In this document: in pieces, positions 49,757 through 58,713 of the stretch
How the letters are laid out: every line of letters starts with the position of its first letter
How positions within the stretch are numbered: the first letter of the stretch is position 1
DNA from: Promethearchaeia archaeon
Lineage (GTDB): Archaea > Asgardarchaeota > Lokiarchaeia > Sigyniarchaeales > SOKP01
NCBI GenBank assembly: GCA_046483985.1
Contig: JAWOCD010000006.1
Coordinates: forward strand, 32,001-96,000
Direction: 5' to 3'
Length of the DNA stretch: 64,000 bases
Notes under the pieces: model-generated
What the model saw: only the letters and a program-made list of their open reading frames with translations
The model's database searches: none
What the model was told of the DNA's origin: nothing
Made by a program: the position numbers and the translations under genes

Positions 49757-50638
49757 TTAATCCATTAATTTGATATTATTCTTTTTTTTGATTTTATTAA
49801 ATTCTAAAGCTTGAAAGGCTGAGGCAAATGATTCTTTTGCGTCTTCTATTGCTCCGTAAAAAATGAAATTAGAATAGAGCGTTGCAATAAACATAATGCT
49901 TGCCCTGCGATATCGAGTATAAAACTTTCTATTTAGTCGGGGAGAGGCATATTTAAATAAAAAATTATTGGGAGCTGTTCCCACTGGCAATTGCAGAGAA
50001 GAACTAACTAATTGGTGCAGTTCAAGATTATGAACGAGACTTTCTAAGCCAATTACACCTCCATCTATCCAAATTTTTTCAATTCCCAACTTGTTAAGGG
50101 AATCGATTAGATTAAGATTATAGAGGGATCTTTTTTTGGTAATATAACTGAATTTTTGGCTGGACGTCATTCTATCAGAGCCAAGAATCAGAAGAACTGC
50201 GGAATTGACCCTAAATTCTTTTAGAACTTCAATTTCTTGAGTATTTTTGAGATTTGTTATAGAATTATAAACATAGTCCCCCGGTTTGTAACCATTTTCC
50301 TTAATATATTCTAATCCCGCTATACGTGCTTCTAGGTTTCCTCCTAGAATAATTGGGGGATCGTAGTTAGCGAAATAGAAGTCTAAGTAGGCTTTCATAG
50401 CCTTTGGTGAGTTAGCACTGATTTCTATCATATCTGGAATATTATATTTATCCGCCAATGATTTTTGCAAGTCTATTCGCTTTTTTGCCTTCTTTTTATC
50501 AAAATTTTCTGGAGTTTCGCGATTGAGTATAGTTTCTCCTTCATAAAAAATTGTTCCAATCAGAACGGGGGGAAGTGAGAAGCTTGCTCTCTCTAATCGA
50601 ATATTTTGATATTTATAAAAAGATACTTTATCGTTCAT
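49757..50638 (-). CDS. MtrH-like pterin-binding methyltransferase homologue (divergent)
   Basis: PVLIGTIFY, FDKKKAKK.I..Q, YNSI, LPVGTAPNN, FIFYGAIE. Confidence 0.8.
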   Translation of the reverse strand: MNDKVSFYKYQNIRLERASFSLPPVLIGTIFYEGETILNRETPENFDKKKAKKRIDLQKSLADKYNIPDMIEISANSPKAMKAYLDFYFANYDPPIILGGNLEARIAGLEYIKENGYKPGDYVYNSITNLKNTQEIEVLKEFRVNSAVLLILGSDRMTSSQKFSYITKKRSLYNLNLIDSLNKLGIEKIWIDGGVIGLESLVHNLELHQLVSSSLQLPVGTAPNNFLFKYASPRLNRKFYTRYRRASIMFIATLYSNFIFYGAIEDAKESFASAFQALEFNKIKKKNNIKLMD

Positions 50639-50714
50639 ATTGAATAATAAATCTCAAAAGGTTTTTATACTTGTGATTTAAATATAATAATTTAAACAAC
50701 ACAGAATAAGAGGT

Positions 50715-51920
50715 TTAATAAAGAGTTAATTTTACTCCACAATTTTTACATCGAGAATCCTTCAATTTCTTAAAACATTCTTCATGGTAAAGGGCCCCAC
50801 AATCTGGATTACCACATTTTATGATCGTATCGTTTTCTTCAAAAATCAGATGACACACGGGACAAGATTGATAAAGAGCCTCATCTCCTAATTCGGAAAT
50901 ATCCATTTTTTTCGCTTGCATTACCTCACTTCCAGTACTTCCTCCTACTTTCTTTCGTTTATTGGAGATATTTCTTAATTTTTTTGCTTGGCTCACTTCT
51001 GAGGGGATCTTTAAAAGATAATAGCAATGAGGACAGCGAACGGTTCCAGAATCCTTTGACTTTTCATCCTTTTGAGAATCTGCCCAACTCTGTAAGCAAT
51101 GTATGTGAAATGGTGTTTGGCAATTTGGACAATAGCGGCCCGAGAGATAAAACGGAGCGCCAGTTACTGAATCCTCTTCGGAAAAACAAATTGAACATTT
51201 TTTGAATTCTCCTTCTCCTCGAATGGCTTTTAGTTTTTGTTCTTGATCTTTCGTTAAATCTTGAGATCTAAGTAATGGTGCAGCAATTTTCCGGAGAAAA
51301 GCAGGGTTTTCAATTGGGGATTCTGATTCTGAACCAAGCGTCTTAATATTTGATTCTGCTAAATCATGTGCTGCTTCCATAAGCGAATCCGCATTATTAT
51401 TATAATAATATCTGCCACTTGTAAGGTCGCTTAACCGTTTCATTATATTCAGATGACTTACCTCTCCCAATCGAAATGTATCTATTTTAATGCTTAATCC
51501 TTGGCATAGGCGTGCCATTTTGAGGGGATCTACCGCCGTTTTTGTATAATTACCATCGGAAACAACTAAAATTCGCGGAACTTTAGCGGCGATTTTGCGC
51601 AATTCGGCAATGATGGACTTTATGGCCTGAGCAAGTGCATCACCCAAGGCCGAAATACCACCGTATTCCAGAGTATCTAAAGATTCAAACAATTGGGACG
51701 TTACATTGGTAAATTCAGTAATTTTTTCTGCATCATCTGAGAATTTTATTATTGCAAATCCTGTCGATGTGTCTTCCTCAAGTCTATCACTAATGAGTTT
51801 TTTTACTGCTGGAATGCACGCCTTTAAACGACTGGGATGATAATCGTGGCGATACATCGATCTAGATGTATCCATTAAAATTATAATGTTTTCTGAAATG
51901 CGCTCACTCAATGCGCTCAC
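50715..51920 (-). CDS. vWA domain protein with two C-terminal RING-type zinc fingers
   Basis: IIILMDTSRSM (MIDAS), LVVSDG; CSIC...CPNCQTPFHIHCLQSW...CPHC; CPVC...CGNPDC...HEEC...CKNC. Confidence 0.85.
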   Translation of the reverse strand: MSALSERISENIIILMDTSRSMYRHDYHPSRLKACIPAVKKLISDRLEEDTSTGFAIIKFSDDAEKITEFTNVTSQLFESLDTLEYGGISALGDALAQAIKSIIAELRKIAAKVPRILVVSDGNYTKTAVDPLKMARLCQGLSIKIDTFRLGEVSHLNIMKRLSDLTSGRYYYNNNADSLMEAAHDLAESNIKTLGSESESPIENPAFLRKIAAPLLRSQDLTKDQEQKLKAIRGEGEFKKCSICFSEEDSVTGAPFYLSGRYCPNCQTPFHIHCLQSWADSQKDEKSKDSGTVRCPHCYYLLKIPSEVSQAKKLRNISNKRKKVGGSTGSEVMQAKKMDISELGDEALYQSCPVCHLIFEENDTIIKCGNPDCGALYHEECFKKLKDSRCKNCGVKLTLY

Positions 51921-52111
51921 TTATTATCGATAAAAATTTTAAATTATGCGAATTCTATTTTATATTCTATATTATATTATATTATAATAAATTTATTTGA
52001 TATAATAATAAAGATAATACGGACAGATTAGTAAAAGATTAGATTTTTTAACTAAGAGATCTAATGAAATTATATAAAAACGAAAAAAACTAAATAATTA
52101 ATCCGATAAAA

Positions 52112-53320
52112 ATGAACGAGGAAAAGAATATAAATAAAATAAGAGAATTTTTCAAAAGTAATGTGATCATAAAGGATATCGGAGAAGTGCTAACATTTAA
52201 ACCAGATACATTAATTGGAATTGATCGTGTGAGTGGAAAAAGTTTAGAAAAAAATAACATAAACACAATTAAAGATCTTGCTGATTTATCAGAAGATGAT
52301 CCTCCAAAAATTGGAGGGATTTTACCAAAAATAATTAAAAAATGGATTAAAATCGCTCAAGTATTGAAAAAAACCGTACATGAGCAACTAAAGGAGCAAA
52401 AAAAAGTAATCCTAATTGGATTGGACAATGGAGGAAAAACATCCCTATTATCCGTTCTTCAAGAACGGTTTTCCGTTATTAAGGATCTTTTACCAACCAG
52501 AGGAGTACAACGAGAACACTTAAATCTATTCGGGTTTAATTTAATTTCTTGGGACCTTGGTGGACAAGTTCAATACCGTGAAAATCTTTACTTTAATAAA
52601 CCAGAGTTATTCTTTGCCGAAGTAGATTTATTAATTTATGTAATTGATATTCAAGATAATAAGAGGTTTACCGAATCTGCTAATTATTTCCGTCAAGTCT
52701 TAGAGGTTTTGGAGGATTTAGAAGAGTTTCCTCCAATTTTGGTTGTATTGAATAAAAGTGACCCTGATTTTCGCAAGTCCCTCCAATTTAAAAAAAATCG
52801 GAATGCAATAGAAAAAAAATTTGAGTTAATTCTTGAAGATAAAAAAGAGTTTGATATAGATTATACTGATACGACCATTTTTCAAAGAGAAACAGTTCTC
52901 CGGATGTTTTCGAAAGCGCTATCATATATTAGCGAAACTTCAGAAATTATCGAGGGGATTCTAAGAGAGTTTTCAGAAAAAATTAACGCTGGAGGGGTTA
53001 GTCTTGTAAGTTTGGATGGGCTCATTTTTGGCAATTATTGTGAAGAGAAAAAGGATGAACACCTCTTAAATAATACTGCTCTTCTTCTACAAACCCTTTC
53101 AAATTTCCACAAATCAACGGGATTAAAAATTGAAAGTACGATAAACCTCAAGTTATCCAAGAACAACTTAGAATTTTTGGGAAAGAAGTTATTTAATTAT
53201 TCCGAATCAAACATTCCGATATATCTGTGGATCTTATTATCAAAAGAACCAACTGATTTAAAACCAGCTTTGAAATATTTTGAAAAACAACTATCCCCTC
53301 TTATCAACTTCTTTCTCTAA
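52112..53320 (+). CDS. Rag/Arf-like small GTPase with an N-terminal HhH-like and a C-terminal roadblock-like domain
   Basis: GLDNGGKT, PTRG, WDLGGQ, FAEVDLLIYVID, NKSD, TTIF; C-terminal GVSLVSLDGLIFGNY; N-terminal LIGIDRVSGKSLEKNNINTIKDLADL. Confidence 0.85.
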   Translation: MNEEKNINKIREFFKSNVIIKDIGEVLTFKPDTLIGIDRVSGKSLEKNNINTIKDLADLSEDDPPKIGGILPKIIKKWIKIAQVLKKTVHEQLKEQKKVILIGLDNGGKTSLLSVLQERFSVIKDLLPTRGVQREHLNLFGFNLISWDLGGQVQYRENLYFNKPELFFAEVDLLIYVIDIQDNKRFTESANYFRQVLEVLEDLEEFPPILVVLNKSDPDFRKSLQFKKNRNAIEKKFELILEDKKEFDIDYTDTTIFQRETVLRMFSKALSYISETSEIIEGILREFSEKINAGGVSLVSLDGLIFGNYCEEKKDEHLLNNTALLLQTLSNFHKSTGLKIESTINLKLSKNNLEFLGKKLFNYSESNIPIYLWILLSKEPTDLKPALKYFEKQLSPLINFFL

Positions 53321-53347
53321 ACTTTCTTCTTTTTTATTTTTTAACTG

Positions 53348-54649
53348 TCAAATAGGAAGGGAATCATCGTCAATATTTTCTTTAAATTTAAGATAATTCA
53401 AAAAAGAAACTTTTTCATCGTGCGTTTGTAGATTAACAACATCGGCAGCCATTTCTTTAAGTTTCCGTTCTGACTTATCTGGCAAATTTCTCTTTAACCA
53501 GGCTATAATCTTTTCTTTATCAGATTTTTTCTCTTGTACTTGATTCATATACTGCTTTATCGCGGTATCCTTCATTTCTTCCTCCTTTTGTCTCAATTCA
53601 TCCTCTTCTTGCCTTTTCATCCACTTATCTTGTAATTGATTTAAAACTCTATCAAAATTAACAAACTTCCGTGGAACTTTCAGAAGATAAAAGCAAAAAG
53701 GACATCGAAAAACATTAGGAAATCCGATTGAATCTGATTTCGTATTTTGCTGTTCTGCCCAACGCCCCGCACAGCAAAGATGGAGAGTTTTTCCACAGAT
53801 AGGACATTTTCGTAAATGTTCATAAACATCTATCAAACCTTCGCAATCACATTTTTTTTTAAAACAGATCTGGCATTTTAGGTCAGAATCAGATAAAAGT
53901 TCTGTTATTTTTTCCAAATCAGAAGCTATAACCTCCAAAAATTGCTTTGCTTCCTTATATTCTTCGTCTCCAAGGTATGAGCGAAGGAGGACTCTTTTTT
54001 TCTTGGTAAGCGATTCTATTGCCTCTTTTAACTCTCTTCTATTTTTTACAGCAAAATATGAACCCCCTGTCAATTCGGTAATTTGTTTAAAAATATTTTC
54101 ATAGTCGAAAACCTTGATTGGTTCCTTTCCTGAAATTGTTAGGTTGTCTATTATCACTTCAAGTCGTTGTGCTGTTCTCCGAATAATCTTTTCAATTTTT
54201 GTACGAATATCTTTGGGAAGAGAAGGGAGAATATTGCCAATTAATATAATTCGCAAAGTTTTATTTCTTACATTTTTAAAACTCAAAATGCATTTCTGAA
54301 TTGCTTTTTGGAGAGCATCAATAAACTGGCTGGCCCATATTGAGAGGTTTGGATCTTTTTTAAAAGGAGTGGTTTTTTGAAAAGCTGTATCGATTTTATT
54401 CAAAAGGGAGTGAGAAAAGTTCTCAAACTCTTTGAGTACTTCAATTTTTTCTTTTCCGTATACAATGTAGGAATATCTGTCACGAACGTCTATTTCAATT
54501 CGGTCTTTAATAAATGAATTCAATAATTCATGAAATACCGTATATCGGGTAGGGTTAATGTCATCCGATCGGAATTTCTCGGAGTTTTCGACAACCAGGA
54601 CAAGATCCTCTGATTGAGAAAATTCATCCTTCTCTTCAAAAGCACTCAT
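53348..54649 (-). CDS. Degenerate vWA domain, RING-type zinc finger and coiled coil; paralogue of 50715-51920
   Basis: LVLVVENSE...DINPTR, TGGSYF; CQIC...CPICGKTLHLCCAGRW...CPFCFYLLKVP. Confidence 0.8.
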   Translation of the reverse strand: MSAFEEKDEFSQSEDLVLVVENSEKFRSDDINPTRYTVFHELLNSFIKDRIEIDVRDRYSYIVYGKEKIEVLKEFENFSHSLLNKIDTAFQKTTPFKKDPNLSIWASQFIDALQKAIQKCILSFKNVRNKTLRIILIGNILPSLPKDIRTKIEKIIRRTAQRLEVIIDNLTISGKEPIKVFDYENIFKQITELTGGSYFAVKNRRELKEAIESLTKKKRVLLRSYLGDEEYKEAKQFLEVIASDLEKITELLSDSDLKCQICFKKKCDCEGLIDVYEHLRKCPICGKTLHLCCAGRWAEQQNTKSDSIGFPNVFRCPFCFYLLKVPRKFVNFDRVLNQLQDKWMKRQEEDELRQKEEEMKDTAIKQYMNQVQEKKSDKEKIIAWLKRNLPDKSERKLKEMAADVVNLQTHDEKVSFLNYLKFKENIDDDSLPI

Positions 54650-54711
54650 CTAATATTATCCCATTTTATATTTATATCAATCCAAATGTTTAAAATATCT
54701 CATAATCTTAG

Positions 54712-54744
54712 TTTAAACCACTCATGCCTAAAGAGGTGAGATTC
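54712..54744 (-). mobile_element. Degenerate IS200/IS605 right-end hairpin
   Basis: Minus strand gaatctcacctctttaggcatgagtggtttaa resembles the gaa...ctttag...gttcaa right-end pattern of the other remnants. Confidence 0.5.
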
Positions 54745-55323
54745 ATATTCTCTAATGCGTGATCATTATATAGTTTTTTATACTTATGTTAATAAAAAAT
54801 TCATTTTTCTAAAAGGTTTTTCTAAAAAGATAAATGTAAGAAATAAAACTCCTAGCAATTAAAAACAATTGCTGTTGATTATATAATTTTTTTTTTTTAC
54901 ATGTTTAGTTAAGTTCAGTTACGCAAGAGAAAGTATTCCAGAATATATAAAAAATGCCATAGCATTCGCTAATGACGATAAATTGATATATAATATTATC
55001 GAAGTTCACTCTGAACCCTCCAAGACCATTGAATTCATCCCCTTTATTTTAAGATTATTGAGGAAACACTAGATGGGTTTAATTTAAAGGATATCCGGCT
55101 TTACGGCGCCTAATAATCTATGAGATGGGAGGGTTATCAACTCAACGCCATCCTGCCAATTTTATCCTAAAGTCTCTCCTTTCTATCAAGGGGACTAAAA
55201 AAAAGAATGACTTGAGTGTCCCACTAAGATTAAATTTCTATAATGAAATATCTAAGAAAAAATATGGAAAATAAAAAAATCGATCAAAAAAAAAAATTAA
55301 ATAAAAAAGTATTTTGTTGGACT

Positions 55324-55527
55324 TTAATCAAGATCTTCACGAGCAGATAGCAAATACTCATTACATTTATCTAGCATTTCCATTGCTTTTTCTAACTTCG
55401 TCACTACTCTTCCGAATCCTTTTTCCTCGGCTTTGACTCTCCATTTTTCAAAACTTTCCTTATGAGATTCATTGTGTTCAGCCCAATGTTCCAATAATTT
55501 TTTTAGTTTTTTTTTATCATTTCCCAT
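55324..55527 (-). CDS. Small helical protein with an HWxxHNxxH motif (possible metal binding)
   Basis: LLEHWAEHNESHKESFEKW; directly downstream of cdhA. Confidence 0.75.
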   Translation of the reverse strand: MGNDKKKLKKLLEHWAEHNESHKESFEKWRVKAEEKGFGRVVTKLEKAMEMLDKCNEYLLSAREDLD

Positions 55528-55641
55528 CGAAAGGAACTCACCAACATTTTTTCTATTTTAAAAAAGGATAATTCACTCTTATATAATTGCTATTTCTCTT
55601 AAATTAAAAAAAGATAAAAATGAAAAAAGTTTGTTGTTAGT

Positions 55642-57993
55642 TTATTGATGGCACATTCTTTTTAATAGAGTTGGATCCACGATTTCTTTAGGCTCCCAAT
55701 CAATTTTTTCAAGGTAATCTTGGATTTCAGATTTCATACTTATTGGAATGTCTGCCTCCACTCGAATAAATTTATCCAGATCCTCTGGAAAGTCGACTCC
55801 TTTATATTTTCGTTCAAGATCAATCCAATGTGATAATTTGATCATCCGTCCTTTTGAGTTATCGGCTGGTCGCATACACATTTTTGCGGCTAAGCAAATT
55901 GCCTCTTCAATTGTTTCGGCAGTCGTTAATAAATGTTCAGGTCCAGGTCCCACTACATGTCCACCTGTACCATCACGAGCATTAAAAACTTGCCAGTCCT
56001 CTTCTTTATCTGACCTTCCAAGGTACATCCGTCTATATTCTGCAGCATGAGGTCCAACAATAGCTGGAATACCCATACTATTACAACTGCTGGCAATACT
56101 GGCAGCTTTTTGACTCATTGCACCCCAAGCAATACCACAAGCTCCAACACGATTCAAAATATAATCGGCAATCTCCTCGAAATTGCCTCTCAGCGGTCGT
56201 CGTGCGAATATGTTCGCAACCTTACAAGCTGCTCCATTGATATGGGGATTAGACACACAAGAACCCACATTTACTAAACCCCCGCGATCAAAATCCCCCG
56301 GAAACCTATCATATAAGGTTTCCCCATCTTCGTTCTTTACCAATCCAATATCCATTGCGGCACAGCCAGATACACAAACAATGTAATTACGTTTACAGAA
56401 TTCCTCCGCAAGCATATAAAGTTCTTGAATCTCTTTTCCGTAGTTTGCACAGCCAATAGGTGCAATAATACCGGGAATTTCTCCAAAAACAATCGGTGCT
56501 CCGACATTTCGAATCTCGGTATCTCGAATAGGTCCTCTTCCTACGCGGATGTTAAATTTCTCATTTCGGATCTTTTCTCTGCCAGCATACATTATCAAGG
56601 TTAGCGGTGAAACGCCCTTCATACAGTCCGCTTCACAACGTCCGCAATCAAGGCACTTATCATAGCATTTTTCTCCTAAAACCGAGAAATCACCTTCTTT
56701 AGCTAATTTCACCCCCTCAACAAGAGGTAAATCGTTGGGACAATTGCGTTGACAATTACCGCATCCATTGCATTTGCGAGCCATTTCAATACAACCTTCT
56801 TCATCGGGAACACCACTTTTTCCTCTTCGGATTGGCTTTACTTTAATTGCTGTATCAACAGCCACCTTTCCGGCTTTGATCGGATCTAGTATTAGTACTC
56901 CATCAGCTTTTCCACTTACCAAATCATCAACAATTTCCTCAACAGAATCATCTGTTCTGTCGGGAAGACCGTTCATATTTTTTTCATTCGTTGCAATGAA
57001 TGGAGCGTCAACCAATTTGGCTTGTTCATAGCAGCGAAGGTTTACACATTGCTCATCTACCATCACGACATCGGCGAGTCCAGAGCGAATAAAATGCATT
57101 TGTCGGGAAAGTGACCCAACAATCTTGGCGCCATCATAATACCTCGTTAAATCTATAGCTGTACAACAAATCGCTCCCACATCTACTTCATCATCAATGC
57201 CCGCTTCTCTCATATAATCAACTAATTCAATACCGGGCGCAACATTATGCCCAATCATGAGAATGGTTGCTTTATTTTCGGTATCTAAAGTTCCCATTCC
57301 AAGTTCCACGATAGGGACATCAGGTTCTCCGACTGGAAACCCATATGCAGCGATCTGGACAGCATCTGCAATTTCCATTCCTACTGCGTCACATAGTCCC
57401 GCAAGGAATGACTTAGCTTCAAAGTCTTTATCACTCGCTTCTTGACCAGTATGTCCTGCCGCTAATAAGTGGGTAATATTAAACTGAACCCATTTCATTG
57501 CTTCTTGTAAATCTTCTATATCTTCTGGTTTCATTCCTACAATTAATCGGGTGCAAGGCATTTCTACTTCAATGTTATTACCAAAATCAAGGGGAACATT
57601 TCCGTATTTCTCTTTTAACCAGTGCATTAAGTGGTCAGCATGGGCACTATGGCAACTTGCACCAATACAACACGCAATCTCAACAATTCTTGCTTGCTGA
57701 GCTTCCATGGTAATTCCACATGCTCCCGTCCTTCCCTTTGATAAATTACATTTACCAAACGTACAGAGACAGCACATATCGCAAATTGGCATATAGAACG
57801 GTTCATAGCGATCCATTAACTTAAAAAACCACGGTCTAAGTGTGGGTATATGAGGCCTTGGTGTAGGTCCCATGGGCTCCCACTCTTCTTCTGCACCATA
57901 TTGCACTTTTCCTGTAGTGAGTTCGAAACCCTTAATAGAGGCAAGAGGTCCTTTGTATTCATCTATCTTAATTTTAGCCCCTTTTTTACTCAT
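55642..57993 (-). CDS. cdhA: CO dehydrogenase/acetyl-CoA synthase complex alpha subunit, copy 2
   Basis: CDMCCLCTFGKC, GACGI, GHNV, ICCTA, DEQC, two extra 4Fe-4S motifs, GSCVSNPH, WGAMSQKA. Confidence 0.96.
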   Translation of the reverse strand: MSKKGAKIKIDEYKGPLASIKGFELTTGKVQYGAEEEWEPMGPTPRPHIPTLRPWFFKLMDRYEPFYMPICDMCCLCTFGKCNLSKGRTGACGITMEAQQARIVEIACCIGASCHSAHADHLMHWLKEKYGNVPLDFGNNIEVEMPCTRLIVGMKPEDIEDLQEAMKWVQFNITHLLAAGHTGQEASDKDFEAKSFLAGLCDAVGMEIADAVQIAAYGFPVGEPDVPIVELGMGTLDTENKATILMIGHNVAPGIELVDYMREAGIDDEVDVGAICCTAIDLTRYYDGAKIVGSLSRQMHFIRSGLADVVMVDEQCVNLRCYEQAKLVDAPFIATNEKNMNGLPDRTDDSVEEIVDDLVSGKADGVLILDPIKAGKVAVDTAIKVKPIRRGKSGVPDEEGCIEMARKCNGCGNCQRNCPNDLPLVEGVKLAKEGDFSVLGEKCYDKCLDCGRCEADCMKGVSPLTLIMYAGREKIRNEKFNIRVGRGPIRDTEIRNVGAPIVFGEIPGIIAPIGCANYGKEIQELYMLAEEFCKRNYIVCVSGCAAMDIGLVKNEDGETLYDRFPGDFDRGGLVNVGSCVSNPHINGAACKVANIFARRPLRGNFEEIADYILNRVGACGIAWGAMSQKAASIASSCNSMGIPAIVGPHAAEYRRMYLGRSDKEEDWQVFNARDGTGGHVVGPGPEHLLTTAETIEEAICLAAKMCMRPADNSKGRMIKLSHWIDLERKYKGVDFPEDLDKFIRVEADIPISMKSEIQDYLEKIDWEPKEIVDPTLLKRMCHQ

Positions 57994-58159
57994 CTGATAT
58001 TCACTTCATTACTTTATTATTACTAATTTCCAATTCGAATAACTAGTTTTTATGAATTGATATTCATAATTCTTTTATATATTGTAGATAAAGGTTAAGT
58101 CTATAAAAGTTTAATGAATAAGTATTCGAAAATGAGAACCAAATTAATCATGAGTAGTT

Positions 58160-58266
58160 TTGAACTACCATGCCATAAATGGCATGAATTCGTAATTCAT
58201 CGAGAATTGTTGACCTAACATCAGTCTAACCTCATCTCCAGGCGAATTCACCATAGTCCCTACGGG
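58160..58266 (-). ncRNA. Putative stand-alone TnpB omegaRNA/reRNA scaffold (IS605 right end without tnpB)
   Basis: Minus strand cccgtagggactatggtgaattcgcctggagatg...tcgatgaattacgaattcatgccatttatggcatggtagTTCAA resembles the IS605/IS1341 3'-end scaffold; no TnpB coding sequence upstream. Confidence 0.65.
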
Positions 58267-58352
58267 ATATAATCATTATTAATGATTTCTCGCACTCTAG
58301 TATAAAAATGACATATTTTCAAGAAAAAAAATGAAGAGAATAGATGATTAAT

Positions 58353-58577
58353 TTACTCAGACCAAGAAGAATGTTCTAAAATTGCTTCTGTAGGGCAAAC
58401 TCCTTCACAAGCCATGCATTCTATACATTCTCCAATATTTTCTGCATCTACTTTTCCGTCAATTAATTCATAGCACTCAACGGGACACACATCTACGCAT
58501 TCAGCAGATCCCACGCACTTATCTAAATCGATCAAGACACACAAATCATCAATTTCCCATTTCTTTTTACTTACCAT
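58353..58577 (-). CDS. Ferredoxin (dicluster type, first motif CxxSxxCxxxCP)
   Basis: CVGSAECVDVCP ... CIECMACEGVCP. Confidence 0.92.
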   Translation of the reverse strand: MVSKKKWEIDDLCVLIDLDKCVGSAECVDVCPVECYELIDGKVDAENIGECIECMACEGVCPTEAILEHSSWSE

Positions 58578-58713
58578 AATATATTACCACACTAAAGTAT
58601 CAAACATAAGAAGAATTCCGACTAAATATAATTTATCCCTAAAAATTTAAGGGTCCAAAAAAAGAAAAAAAGAAAAATGAAATTTTAAAAAAAGAAAAAT
58701 TAATAATTTATGT

